Shown: positions 37,776 to 50,684 of the stretch, piece by piece
Numbering within the stretch: position 1 is the first letter of the stretch
Layout of the letters: each line of letters starts with the position of its first letter
Assembly (NCBI RefSeq): GCF_964204645.1
Contig: NC_134031.1
Location: 868,001-932,000, forward strand
DNA length: 64,000 nucleotides
Origin: Tubulanus polymorphus
Taxonomy: Eukaryota > Animalia > Nemertea
Reading direction: 5' to 3'
Position numbers and translations under genes: made by a program
The notes under the pieces: model-generated
Database searches by the model: none
Seen by the model: only the letters and a program-made list of their open reading frames with translations
Told to the model about the DNA's origin: nothing

Positions 37776-40700
37776 CTATCCGGAAACGATGTTAGGATGA
37801 ACGGCTGTTATTGAAGTAATCGATCGTGGAGTGGCTGAACCAAAATCCGATTCAGAATCGGACCAGTCTTCTGAATTGTCTTCTGTTGTGAATTCGTGTA
37901 CTTTAGTTTGTTGGAACGGAGGTTTTTTCAGCAATCTGAGTATCAGAAATATCAGTCCGATCAGAAGAACTAGAGCACCCATAGCAGAACCAACTGCAAC
38001 TGCTATTACAGGGAATGCATCTACTGGTGCATCAGTAGCGGCGAGTGTGGTGATCACTGAAATATGATTATAACATAGCTTATACCTAGATGAGGAGGCT
38101 TCATTAGCCTTGCATCATTCAATGTTTCCAGTTTGAAAAGCACCATGAAGATTTTATTAATGATCATTTCATTCGTACTCAAGCGTATATCTAAATTATT
38201 ATTTATTATTTTGGTGAATCTAATTTTAAGAAAGCGCGAAGATTCAGCATTCTAATGAGTCCTGGTTCTACACTCAGCGTTCTAATGAGTCCCAGTTCTA
38301 CACTCAGCGTTCTAATGAGTCCCAGTTCTACTCTCAGCGTTCTAATGAGTCCCAGTTCTACACTCAGCGTTCTAATGAGTCCCAGTTCTACACTCAGCGT
38401 TCTAATGAGTCCCAGTTCTACACTCAGCGTTCTAATGAGTCCCAGTTCTACACTCAGCGTTCTAATGAGTCCCAGTTCTACACTCAGCGTTCTAATGAGT
38501 CCTAATCCTACACTGAATTAATGAAGTCTTTTTGATAGTCTTTTCATATAATCTTTTTAGATTTACCTGTGAAGGTTGATTCTGATGCGGTCGCTGATAA
38601 TGTCGTAGTTGGCACAATTTTCTTTAGTCTCGTGGTTGTTGATAATGTCGTAGTTGGCATAAGTTGCTTCAGTGTCCCGTAAACCTGAACCTCACAGACT
38701 GTAAGAGGGCTCCCGATAGCGTTCTGTTTCATCAACACGACATACCGACCTACAGCACCAGGTGGACATTCTATCAGCATAATCTGACCTTCTTTTAATT
38801 GTGAAATAGAGCCGCAAGTTGTAAAATTTCCAGGTTTTCTAGGTGTTGTTGGTGCAACAGTTGATCCATCTGTTGTCGTGGTATCAGCATCGTTAACAGT
38901 AGATGTTGCGCTAGAAGTTCCAGACGCTTGACCGGTGTTTGGATCAGTAGACGTTGTGACAGATGAACTTGAACTTACTGTCGAGGTTAGATCTGATGCT
39001 GATGATGATGTTGATGCTTCTGACAATGTTGCATCTTTTATTGAACTCGAGCTATCTATAAAAAAACATCAGTTTTGTATTTTGCGTCAAAGTTTGTTGC
39101 AGCTTAACCTTATACAAACATAACTGATTTTTAAGTGGATTATTTCCATAAGGAATTTGTTTGCGTAAAGTGCAGGTCAATATTGGTGTGAAGAAAAAAT
39201 AGTCAGAAAAAAAAGAAAAAAAAGCAGGATGACATTGTCCTCCTCGGGAGGACCTACCAGTAGATGTTGAAGTGGTCTCTTCGTCTATTGGGTACAAGTC
39301 GTACAGATCACTTGGTAGAAATACATCCACGACAGAAATAGTAACATTGAAAAAATCCGATCCTAAAAAAATGTACAAATATTCGAAATCTAAATTCTAC
39401 AAATATTCGATATTCAAATAACTGAACTACGAAGAGCCATAACGATCTTACGGAGGCACATTTGATTTAATTTTTGATATGTGTACCATAATTATCTGCG
39501 ACATTTGTAACGACGACTTTCTCAACTTGATAAACATTCACCAGAAACACGGCCCACCATTCAGTTCTGTGGACACCAGCAGTGCGAGAACATTTGGTAT
39601 ATTTGGATTCGATATTTCCATCAGTGGCCAAATCACTTGTTAAATTCGACGTTGTTGAACTTTGAGATGTCGATTTATTCAATGCCAAATTTTCTACAGT
39701 ATTCTCTGGAAATGAAGAAAATTTGATAGATAATCTACTTTTGACTAGTACTGCTATCTTAATAAGCTAGGGTTCTTTTGTGAAAATCTTTTGAGAGAAA
39801 TCCCCTGGCCTCTCCAGTCGTGAACTAAGAACTGCTCTTGAAGATCCCTTGGATGGAACCACCGAAAAAAGCAATACCTTTTGTGGCATTGTACACATAT
39901 CCCGCTACTTCCACTTCACACAATACGATAGGATCAATAATTTGACTCCGTTTTACTATTGATAAATATCGGCCCCAGATATTCGGTTGGCATCTTGTTT
40001 CCTGAACCTCAGTTGTTACATAGTTAGTCGCGGTATCCTGTGTACAGTAAAAGCGAGAAGTTCGGTCTGTGTCGGAGTCGTGCCATTTCGGAGACAACCA
40101 TATCTCATAATCCGTTAGCCATACATCTGTAGAAAATAAAAGGAACTTATGCAGACAAAGTATGAAGCTTTTCTTAAGAACAGACATTCAAACTTACTTC
40201 CAATGCCATCCGTATTTATTATAACAACTTGTTTGACTTTATATTCAATCTCAAGGTCGATGCTCCACCATATCGTCTGTTCGCCCTCGTTAACGGTTAT
40301 CATGGTGCAGCGTGACATATCGTAAACGCCATCGGCTGCCAGGTTTGATAGTTCTCCGTCCTCAGCGTGGTCAGATTGTTTACAGTTTTTACCAACTGCA
40401 GCGTTCAGTACGACATCTGTAATGAAAGTTTTGTCACAATTTCTTTTTCAAATTCTTCGTGGTCATTTTCAGTTATGCTACGATTGAACTGCATTTCATC
40501 TTTAGAAAACATTAAAGACCTCATACCTTTAGAGCATTTATCAATAATACAGAATTCCCAGCTAGATCCCGTAGTTTGATAACACCAGGGGAAATTTTCA
40601 TCCAAACGTCGGCAGTAATTCTTTGCAGCTATGTGTGACTGTTCAGGAAAATCTTTTGATTTTGTATCGAATGGATGCGATTGCGGTTTCTGTTTATTCC

Positions 40701-43700
40701 AACGTTGACATTTGTTTCCTTTTTCTGTATGGCTTTGTGTTCCGTGATATTCGACGCCTTCTGATGTCCATACACATTCTTCCCCTGTTACCAGATAGAT
40801 ATTATAAAATGTTTCAAGTTTAATATGATGTTTCCATTTCAATTTTCTGTACATCAAAGCCCTCCAACCCCAAATGTGATTGGCAGAGTCTATTTTGTCA
40901 CTCGTTGATGGGAAGGATGCCTGGAAGGCTGTATCTAAAAGCACCTAAGATGGCTTTAGGTTGTATGTCAAAGCTTCTGGGATGGTATTAGGTGTTAGTA
41001 CAATGCTCCAATCAGTGAAGAATTAGGAACCAACATGGCGCATATTCCCATTGATAGTAAATGATACGACAAAAGATTTTACCGAATGCTTCTGTTCCGT
41101 AGATGTCTATTTCACAGATAACCAGTGGACTGGGATGAACTGGTTTGTAGACGTAAACATGCGATGCCATCACTGGTTTTATGCATTTCACCTCCGTAAC
41201 CGAGTCTGTAGAGATTGTTACGTCATCTGCGCATAATTTCAGCTTGCCGGATGCTCGACTGGACGACACCTTTGCAGGCGCCAAGTCAACGAAATCGACC
41301 GAAGTGTAAATATGAATATCTTCTTGGGCTTAAAGCGAAAAGAAAACATTCGACCACAAAAACAAGTAGTGAGGTCCGAAATGTTTCTTTGAGCAAATAT
41401 GTCTACCAGGAAACATTTCGGAGTCGTTATATCATCATTAAAACATCGACACAGAACGTTTCATCGAATATAGGTTAAAATACGATGCGTTCAAATCACT
41501 TCAGGATGTAAACGCCGCACATAATGATTGATACTCACTACAACAGTTTTCAGGACCGAAGAATCGGATTTTTCGTACAAAATAAACCGCGTGGTACAGA
41601 TCTATAAACCAAAATCTATCATGGCTAGTATAACAAGAGACAGGCGGAGGAGCTTTAGTTAATTCTACGGTTGTAGCGCGTTCTTTACGTGGTACTATTC
41701 CATCCAGCGCGAGATGTCCGCCATTTCCAACTGCTCTGAACGGCTGAACGGCTATATTACCTAAATCAAGAAAGCACATGTCGAACTTTCATTATTTTTT
41801 TAACTACAGAATTAAAAGGAACTTAAGCAAGAGCATGGACGTAAAAGAGTCCGTGGCTAGAGGGACATGATGTAAGCATTTAAATGAAGAGGCTTCGTTG
41901 CGATAGTGCGGAACCCCAGTAGAGTGAGTTTGTGGCTCGACCAATGGCTTCCTGGAATAGACGTGAAATGGTTCCCAAATTGTGACGTTTTACTTCAGTT
42001 ATCCGCGTGCTTTGACGTCAAATATGACATATGACGTCAGTTGCACCGTCTTCCCGCAAGATGAGTCGCATGCATGTGTATCAGAGCTACAGTTCTACTG
42101 ATGAATTACCTGTATGTTTTGCGCTGTATATCTTTACTTCTCTAAAGACGAGTGCACGAGTTCTTGGTTGTGTGATTTTGACGAATTTACCTCGACGTAT
42201 CGGGTTACAGGGTACCTTCCTAGTTTCAAGTGACTTCACAGCATTATTTCCCTTGTCATCGAAACATAACTCGTAGTTTGAATTATCTTCTGATACATCG
42301 ATTGTCCATTCCCATGACATACACGGCGCTAGTTCTATACAAAATGAATTGGGTCATCTCGACCATCTTGCACTTGGCCATCTTGGGTTCATTCACGTAT
42401 GCGGCGATGTTGGTTTTAATCACATCATGCAAGAATTCGGCAATGTATCAGTGGCTAAGGCTCAAATGATTTTGCCGAGTTATTGCGTCTATTCTCAAAA
42501 ATCCAAGATGCCAGTTTTAATCCAAATCCGAAATCCAAGATGGCCATCCTGGTCCATGCGCATGTTAGGCGGCCATTTTGGGTTCATGAACAAATGCGGC
42601 CATGTTGATTCAAGCTTGGCTTCTGATCATTATGGCAAAATATCAGTAGTTAAAGTCCAAATCATTTCGCTATATCATTGCATACATTCATCAAAATCCA
42701 AGAAGGTGGCCAAATATATGTTAAAGATATGAATGTTTTTGCGAGGCATTAATTTCACTGTCTGCAGTATGTTATTATTAATGACTTACGTATTGGTTTT
42801 TCACAGTAATATACATGATCGCTGCCTGTACATGGAATATCGTTCCAACTGCCTCCTTGAAAATTCGTCACACAATCTTCATTATTTTTATCGTTCGGTT
42901 CACCGTTGTTCCAGTTAATGAATCGTGCCTGTAATGTGAATCTAAGCAAAACTATTCCTATCAGCTTAGTAAAGATTATATATGTATCGTTCATATTGTA
43001 CCGGTTTTGTTTCGGAATTCCAAACAAACTTATTTTCATCCTTGATATCATTTAATCCTATGAGATAGCTTCTCGAATTTTCGGCTGCAATGAAAAAATT
43101 ATACATCGTGGGTCAAACATGGAATACTCAGTGGATGCTGGTCGGTGAAATTGTTTACCTACAGCGGGCGCCACTTTATCTATGACGCCCCAATATTTGT
43201 GTTGAATTCGATACTGGATTTAAGACGACGCCTTGTTGAACCTTCGAAATTTCATGTTTATTTCACGGAAAGCAAATATCATAAATACAGTAAAAATCAA
43301 ATAGCGAGTCATTTAAATCATAAGTACCACATCTACATGTACAACATACCCTGAAGCCATTTCCACGTCTCCCAGTTTCTAATTGTTATAAGTTGGTTTC
43401 CTTTCTTCTCACATTCAGCCCTGGCCTTATTACCATTCAGCGCCCTCTTCAGAATAGAAACCAAACACTTTCTATTACCAGGATCTAGTTTCCAGTCCGG
43501 ACCTTTACCACATGGATAGTTATTCAATTCTGTATGGAAATGGTCGATATAATGTAAAGCTTTTAATTATTGCGATGTTCGTGTGTTTTCTGCCTTATTC
43601 ACTATGATTTGCCGAACAGTAGAATACAGTAAAGCTGAACTTTTAGTGATTCGGACAAAAATTGAATCATATTCTGACTTCCGATTGGATCGTCGGATAG

Positions 43701-46700
43701 TCGCTTATCTCAGACCCAATTTAATCGGTTTCCATTCGTTGGATGAGTTAGGTGAGGTTGACTGTAAATCTAGTTTAGAAGTCGGAAGTACTCTTAGCGT
43801 TCAACGTAATAAATATCTTAAAGATTTTAAAGGTAGAAATTCTGTGAACAAGAAAACAACCAGAAGCAGCTACTATGGATTTAATCACCATCAGATATCT
43901 CACCATTGTTTGTACATACAGGCATCTGTATAGAGACCCATGCGACATCTATTGTAAATGCCAATTCAACTTTCCACCAATTAGGACGTATTTTGACCGT
44001 TCGTAACGTCATCGAAAATCGTGATAGAAAGTCTGGATACGCATCACCATCGATAGCATTATCAGCCTGATAATGCGAGTAAGTCGTGAATTGAGATGCT
44101 TTTCCGGTTACCGCCAAATTACCTTTGGGAAAATGAACCATGGGATGCTGATGAAAATTTACCGACAAAGATTATAATGATTCGAAATGTATCGAGTACA
44201 ATGAGGACTTGGAAATAAAAAGATGACGCATTTTGATTGATGCGACATCATTAACGTTGATCTCTGTATAAGAAAAGTTGTAATGTTTTCTCCTACATAT
44301 AAAACTAAAGAATGTAACTAAATAAATACCAACCATCAAATGGGAGGCCATATACCTCAAGCTCAGCTAGATTCAGTGCTGCAGTAGGACCACTGTTATC
44401 CTCTATATAAACATATACATATCTTCCAAGATTTCCACGCGTACAGTGCAGGATTAAAGCGTGATTTTTAGCAATTACTGTCGCTTTTTTATTCTGGTAG
44501 CACATTCTACAGTGATTGAAGTCAACAAAGTAGAGATCCGGATGTCGATAGCAAACTGCAACTTTTAGATGAATACTTCCAGCTACAATAAAAAAACGAG
44601 GGGGTTTGATGTATATTGAATAAATACGGAAAAAAAGATAGTACATTCATATCAGGTAAACAATCGTACAAAACGCCAAAGCAGGTAATACTATGTAGAC
44701 TACTTAATGTTGTTGGATATAACGAGCTAGGGCAGTGTCCTTCCTGATACCAGGGAAAACTGTCTGGAGCTCCTCGATTCCTACGACCGCCGTGAATCCC
44801 AAAGTTCACGGCATTCCATTGACAAACGTGTTAGATGTTTTCCTACGCATGATTTGTGGAAAAGCGTATTTCTGTTGTGGGCACTCACCCGATGGTCTGT
44901 GATCGTCATACATACTCTTGGCCCAGTTTCCTGAGAAGTTATTGGTGGTCACTACATCATCACTCCACATAGTTGTACCATGCACTCTGCCTTGTCTCTG
45001 TACCTTACTGTATACGTGCGCTGTTTCATTGAACGCTTCACGCTTGGCAATTACTTCCACTTAGCCTTCTTCGAGAGCGTGTTAGCTTTACTGGCCTTAA
45101 GTTCTCTCACCTCAACTGTCATCCTATCAGCGTGCTTTATCCTGTTCCTAACCCTGGCATGTTTTACCGCTCTTCTGACCTTGGAGACTATATGTTTACT
45201 CCTGAATGAGTAGTTGAAACTCCCATACCTTTATTTGGTATTCTTCCCTGTGATTGAGGTAAGGGTCAGGCGTTGATCACTATCCATCACTTTTTCATCC
45301 ACTGTTGGCAACTAACATGCAACATTAGTTGGCCCATAGCTGGGGACAAGATTGGTGAGTGATTGGAATAATCAGACTGATCAAAGGTGAGTGCCAGGGC
45401 ATGCTGTCCAGTGCCAGTGGGCCATGCACATCACGGCTTTAGGTCTCAGCTTGCTCCGAAGGCAAATGAGTCCTTGATGGAGCTGTATTATATTTACTAA
45501 TAGCCAAATCTTGTAATTTCGAATAAAATCAGTTTAACCACAAAGTACTACCTGTTTTCACGTTTAAATGATTTGAAATGGAATCAATGGTTTTATTTTG
45601 GAATATCTGATTATCTAGATAGTTAACCTGTTCCACCCGACATTAGTTTTCCAATACCATTCGATCCTGTAATCAGAACAACAGTTTTGATATTGAACCA
45701 GCCAGAAAGATCGACTACAATGAAATCCACGTTGCTGCTGCTGGACCCTGTATATTCCGTATCCCTCCGGCCGTCCAGCATCGGACTGACAACTGTTCCC
45801 GATTCTGGTCCGTACCATTGATCACCACCGACCATTATTCTACGACCTAACGCAAGGTTTTCTGGAACAAGCAACATAAAGCAATGTTATAACCATTCTA
45901 ATTTCAATAACTTCTCGTCACGATCATTGTATGATTTATTGAATGAATATTATATGTGTGTAGTGGTCAGCGATTACTCACAACGATACGACATAGCAAT
46001 TCAATTCAAATATATTTAATCACCAGCCGAAATAGCTCAGTTGGGAGAGCGTTAGACTGAAGATCTAAAGGTCCCTGGTTCGATCCCGGGTTTCGGCAGG
46101 TGCGCATATTTTTTGTCATGTTGCCTTCTCTTTTGATACATGTAAATCGTGTTTCAAATTTTTTTCTGAATCGAAATACTGTCAAATGTCGGTATTCTCT
46201 TACCGCCGATTAACGGGTTCCCATATACCTCTACTTCACATAGAGCTAGTCGAATCGACGGCTGATCCAGACCCTGTTGGATGACTACGTGTCGACCGAT
46301 TTCATTGGTTAATATCAGAAAATGTTCGCCGAATCCTATGAGACCAGTTTTTCGGAATAGGAATTTCACACCGAAGTCTGTTGGTTTTATTAGCTGTCCG
46401 TGAAACTCAGTAGTCAAATAACCCTCTAGGTACGACATTCTGTAGTCTGCAGATAAAAATCGACATAGATACATTCATTTCATGTGATAATCTGATAGAA
46501 TTCTATTTCATAGAAATGCGTATCGTTCTATATACTCAAAAATGGCAACACACTTGTAAATTTCATCGACTCGGTATCATAGACATTAAAGTTACCCTAA
46601 ATACACCCCTGACCTCAACCTGGGCACGGTTTCATAGACAGGATACCAAAGTTACCCCGAGGGATACATCCTCAACCAGGGTGACAACCAATATAGTAAC

Positions 46701-49700
46701 AATGAGAAGCTATTGTAGTAATTGAGACGAATTTCCAAATTTCCCACTCATTAACATAACGCCTTCCACTCCTCCCTCCCATGTGAATGAAACACAGCCA
46801 AGGGACGCACGAAACCCTTTAGATGAAACCTAAAACTAATTGAAAAATAGATATATTCCCGTCGTACGTAATCTAAACGATTTCGTTACGTATTTGGATA
46901 TGTCCAAATTAACTCCAGAAAATCTACTAAACGAAAAACAACTAAACCTGCGAGTGGAGTGGCGCTTGCGACGACGATTACTTTACGAATGTGATGTAGT
47001 TTCGCTAAGTCAACGTGCCACCAATTCTGTTTCGCGTTATCAGAAACTGCACAGATTGAGTAGAAACTGTTATAATACGAATCAGGTTCAGTTTGTCGAC
47101 TCGAATCGACGGCTAATGCAGGCACTAAATTCGATTCATTGCCACCGACTCGGAATTGTGCAGACTTTCGAGCCGCTAAGTTTTCTGAAAATGAAGAAAA
47201 AATCACTGGTTCAGTTATCTGATTCTTAACCTTCCACTGAAAATAGGTTTAATGTATACTGATGACTATGTTTTCCATCATTGAAAGAATTTGCGAAATG
47301 ATTGCAATGAGCACAGTTGTGAGGGAGGTCGTGCAAAAACGGCATGGAAGATAATGAACGAACACAATCTGAAGTTCATTTTTGTCCGACAGTTTCGAGA
47401 TTTATTAAATCCCATTTTCACAGAAATCTTCAGAGAAAACAGTAATGAATATTGCTTTATAGAAATTCAAAAAGCGAAAATTGAAAAAAAAGCAAAAATT
47501 CGATTATTCCGTGATGAAACGAAGTCGCTTGGCTCAGTAGAAAATAAACATGGCGCTGATTTACCGAAACTATTTCGCGAATAAACTTCAACTTCACAGA
47601 TTGAAAATCCGTATTTTCGTTTCGTTATTCGTCGAATGATGACGTAACGACCGGAAGCTTCAGATGTACAGATAAACCTCGTGACTCGTCCCGTCACTAG
47701 TTCACCGACGTCACACAACGTGTAATTATCCGGATTCGCTTCTGCTGCGTTTTGAAATAGATCCGTAACAATCACCTCGACGTATTCGTTACTGAACGCT
47801 GAAACAAACGTGCGGAAATTATAATTATTACTTACCAGTTGATCTGTCGCACAGCGCGTCATATTGGACGTCACTCAACTAATTCCACCGCACGTGACGC
47901 AGGGAAACCCTCGGAAACATGTTTCTGTTTCCATGTTTCCATGCATCGTGTGCGTTGAGCTTTTAGAAAAATCAACAAGTCAGTGGGCAAAACAATAATT
48001 GTGACATGAATCACCGCAGTCAAACGTAATATTGGCCGTCACTTATTACTTGAATCAGTCACTCGTACTTAAGGCCATTGTGACAACACTATTGCATCAC
48101 GTGCATACAGGGTCAAGAACTTACCATTCTGACGAGCTAAAACGAGCACTTCTCTGATATCATACGATTCACCTAGATCCAGATACCACCAGGCCCAATC
48201 CCACCAATCAGGTTTAGCCTCAGAACACGAGTACGGTTTCGAGAACGCTTCCGGTTCGTGGCGACCATCGATTGCTAGTTCCGGTCCCATGTTCGATGTG
48301 GATACAGGCGCCATGTACGCTTTTGTAAACAAATTTATGTTTTCTGAAATAATTCAATACATTTCAATAAGTATAGATATATTTAAAGGAATCGTGATAA
48401 CCCGGTGTAACAGTAAACGTGAAAACTAGTAGTATTTTGTAAGTTTACTGAAAACATATAGTTTTCGTGTGCTAGTGCACAGAGTAGCTTTATCGGGTAA
48501 ATGATGGGATTTTGATGAACGAAAGAAGCTCGTATTTCTAATAAGGTCAGTTAACCTACACAGTTATCTTTTTTTCAATCCTTATTATCTGTTGTTTATC
48601 ATTAACGCAAATTATTAATATAGATTCATAGTTTAATATTACATTCAACTTTGTACTATTTCTTAAGTAACATTTTGTAAATTATTTTTAGTAGCAAATA
48701 AACTGTTTATGTACTTGCTAATAATGTCAAAAGACTTAAGCATATTTTTATACTGTATATAAAATTGTTTTTTCGTTAATATAGCTACTTATAACCTACA
48801 CAGTTCTACCTGTCTGCTCGCTTATTGATTAGATTTAAATTTCTAACTATTCAATTGTCTGTTGATCGTTGAATAAATTACCTCCAGTTTGTTTTGAATT
48901 GAGCTGCGGTGCTGAAATAGATGGCACACGAAGGAATTGAGAAAAACAAGAATTAATTCCATTTTACGAGTAAAAATGAATGCGATTTTCCTTTCCGCTT
49001 ACATTTCAATGTATAGATCCAGTTCCACCAGTTTCGTGAATCAGGAAATGCGATAGGAATGGATGGGTATAACAAACAAGAACCAGTTCTTGCATCATTT
49101 CTAATTGCAGACAGAAATGCTTTACACCTTGGAACCTCATTACATTTCAGTTCACACTTATCGAACGTCAAAGAGTTATATTTCCCTAGATGTCGCGAGT
49201 TAGTGTGCCTGCGATGTGCGGTGTAGTGTGATCTTAGCTCTAAATAGAAGAGAATGTATAGTAAAAATGGGCAAAGGATCTTTACCCCGAGTGAAACGGA
49301 ACTGACTTGATTGTAATTACCTCTTTTATTAAACAGCTTTAGATGATTTCGTAGATGGGGATTGCTGCATCTCGGCGCGCTTTTAATCAAACATTTCGTG
49401 TCGAAAGTAAGAAATAGATCGCATCGACTTTCAATATCGCAATAATAACGACATTGATCTGGAGTATCAACTATTTTCCTATATAAATCTTTCGCGAAGC
49501 AGTCACCTTTAACAAGTCGCGAGTATCCAGCAAAATAGTTAGCTAAATAGAAATACACGAAATTCATTCAGTTCGATTTTAAAGAAATCAACACAGTTTT
49601 GTCGAGATCTATAAAACTGATTAATAAATGTTCAATCGAGTTACGAATTAGACGTTTTTGTGACATTGTGGCCTACATTTTACACAATTACACTTCCATA

Positions 49701-49919
49701 CGTATATCATCAATTAAATAATCAACTATAAACAAACAAACTTTATTTATGTATCGATTCATTATACTGTATGTATGGCTTACGAACATAAGATATACAT
49801 ATACCACTACTATATAATCGAAATATTCGACAGTAAGACAACTTACAATCTAAACTGACTCCATTTTCCACGATGATTAAAGCTATGAACGAATGAATCG
49901 CGAATAATAAGTTGTTCAT
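37776..49919 (-). CDS. Mosaic type-I membrane lectin receptor, copy B (~1703 aa), same architecture as copy A
   Basis: 24 exons: 49847-49919, 49321-49542, 49003-49239, 48882-48911, 48125-48343, 47565-47798, 46948-47184, 46204-46446, 45628-45861, 44334-44582, 43904-44122, 43350-43529, 43002-43084, 42790-42928, 42110-42334, 41539-41760, 41083-41328, 40527-40784, 40198-40416, 39878-40126, 39487-39705, 39258-39362, 38567-39055, 37776-38056. All indels relative to copy A are multiples of 3. Confidence 0.88.
38243..38514. repeat. 30-bp minisatellite, ~9 copies (cactcagcgttctaatgagtcccagttcta)
   Basis: Near-perfect tandem array in the last intron of copy B only. Confidence 0.95.
46026..46098 (+). 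tRNA. tRNA-Phe (GAA)
   Basis: Identical to 32592-32664; T6 terminator ~11 nt downstream. Confidence 0.98.
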
Positions 49920-50684
49920 TTTTCATAAAGAAATCTTCGTGATCCTTGGTGGCAGAACTTCACATAGCAAAATACCAAAAAAAAACAAATGTGTCGATCT
50001 TATATCGCTAGGACAACTGCGCAGTTCCTTTATTGGAATACCGGTCGAACATTGACTGTGGGAAAATTGATAACAGGAAAAATTATTCTTACGTATTTTT
50101 AAACTTGCCGATGGCCTCCACGAGCATGTTCTTATCTCTTTACTGCTGATCCTCCCCGAGGTGAGATCTTTATTCAAATAAATGCATGTATTGTGGGCTG
50201 TATATTATAAAAATTATCATTTTCGACGAGGAACCAAATATATACACTCTCTAAAACCTACGTCCAAAAGTCAGCTAAACACTAATAGATATATCAAATT
50301 ACAGTTGTTTAGATATTGATATCATGGGTGTCTCCTAATGATATTCATCATGACTAGTCATAATCAATAGTCAATATTCATCATTAAATAGTCTCAACTA
50401 ACTATTTACAATCCCTGACATTCCCGTAATGTTTAACGAAGAAAGCTACTGGTAGCTGTAATTATTGAAACTGGTGTCAAGGTCTATATCCTGTGCTGCT
50501 GGTTGTTGGTTGAAAAGTGCAGGATTCAGTTCCACTCGGTAAGAAGAGTTCATTTTCATAAAATCGAGACCAGGAATTTGCACGCTTTCCAGTTGTGAAA
50601 TAGCTCAGGGATCAACACAATAGAAATGAACTAAATCTAGTTAAATGTAGAACCATGTATTACGTTGAAAATACATTGATTTAT

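Noticed and set aside
38243-38514. CRISPR-like regular repeat
   Set aside because: Units are head to tail with no unique spacers, there are no cas genes, and the context is eukaryotic.
38255-38521. ORF of repeated MSPSSTLSVL
   Set aside because: It is the translation of the 30-bp intronic minisatellite on the strand opposite the host gene.
45295-45430. Possible HDV-like ribozyme in the copy-B insertion
   Set aside because: Hairpins are present, but I could not place the P1.1/P3 nested pseudoknot elements.
21911-47584. Plus-strand ORFs antisense to GPCR and lectin exons (e.g. 21911, 25019, 33333, 37831, 46840)
   Set aside because: Shadow frames of real minus-strand exons; they recur only because the exons are duplicated.
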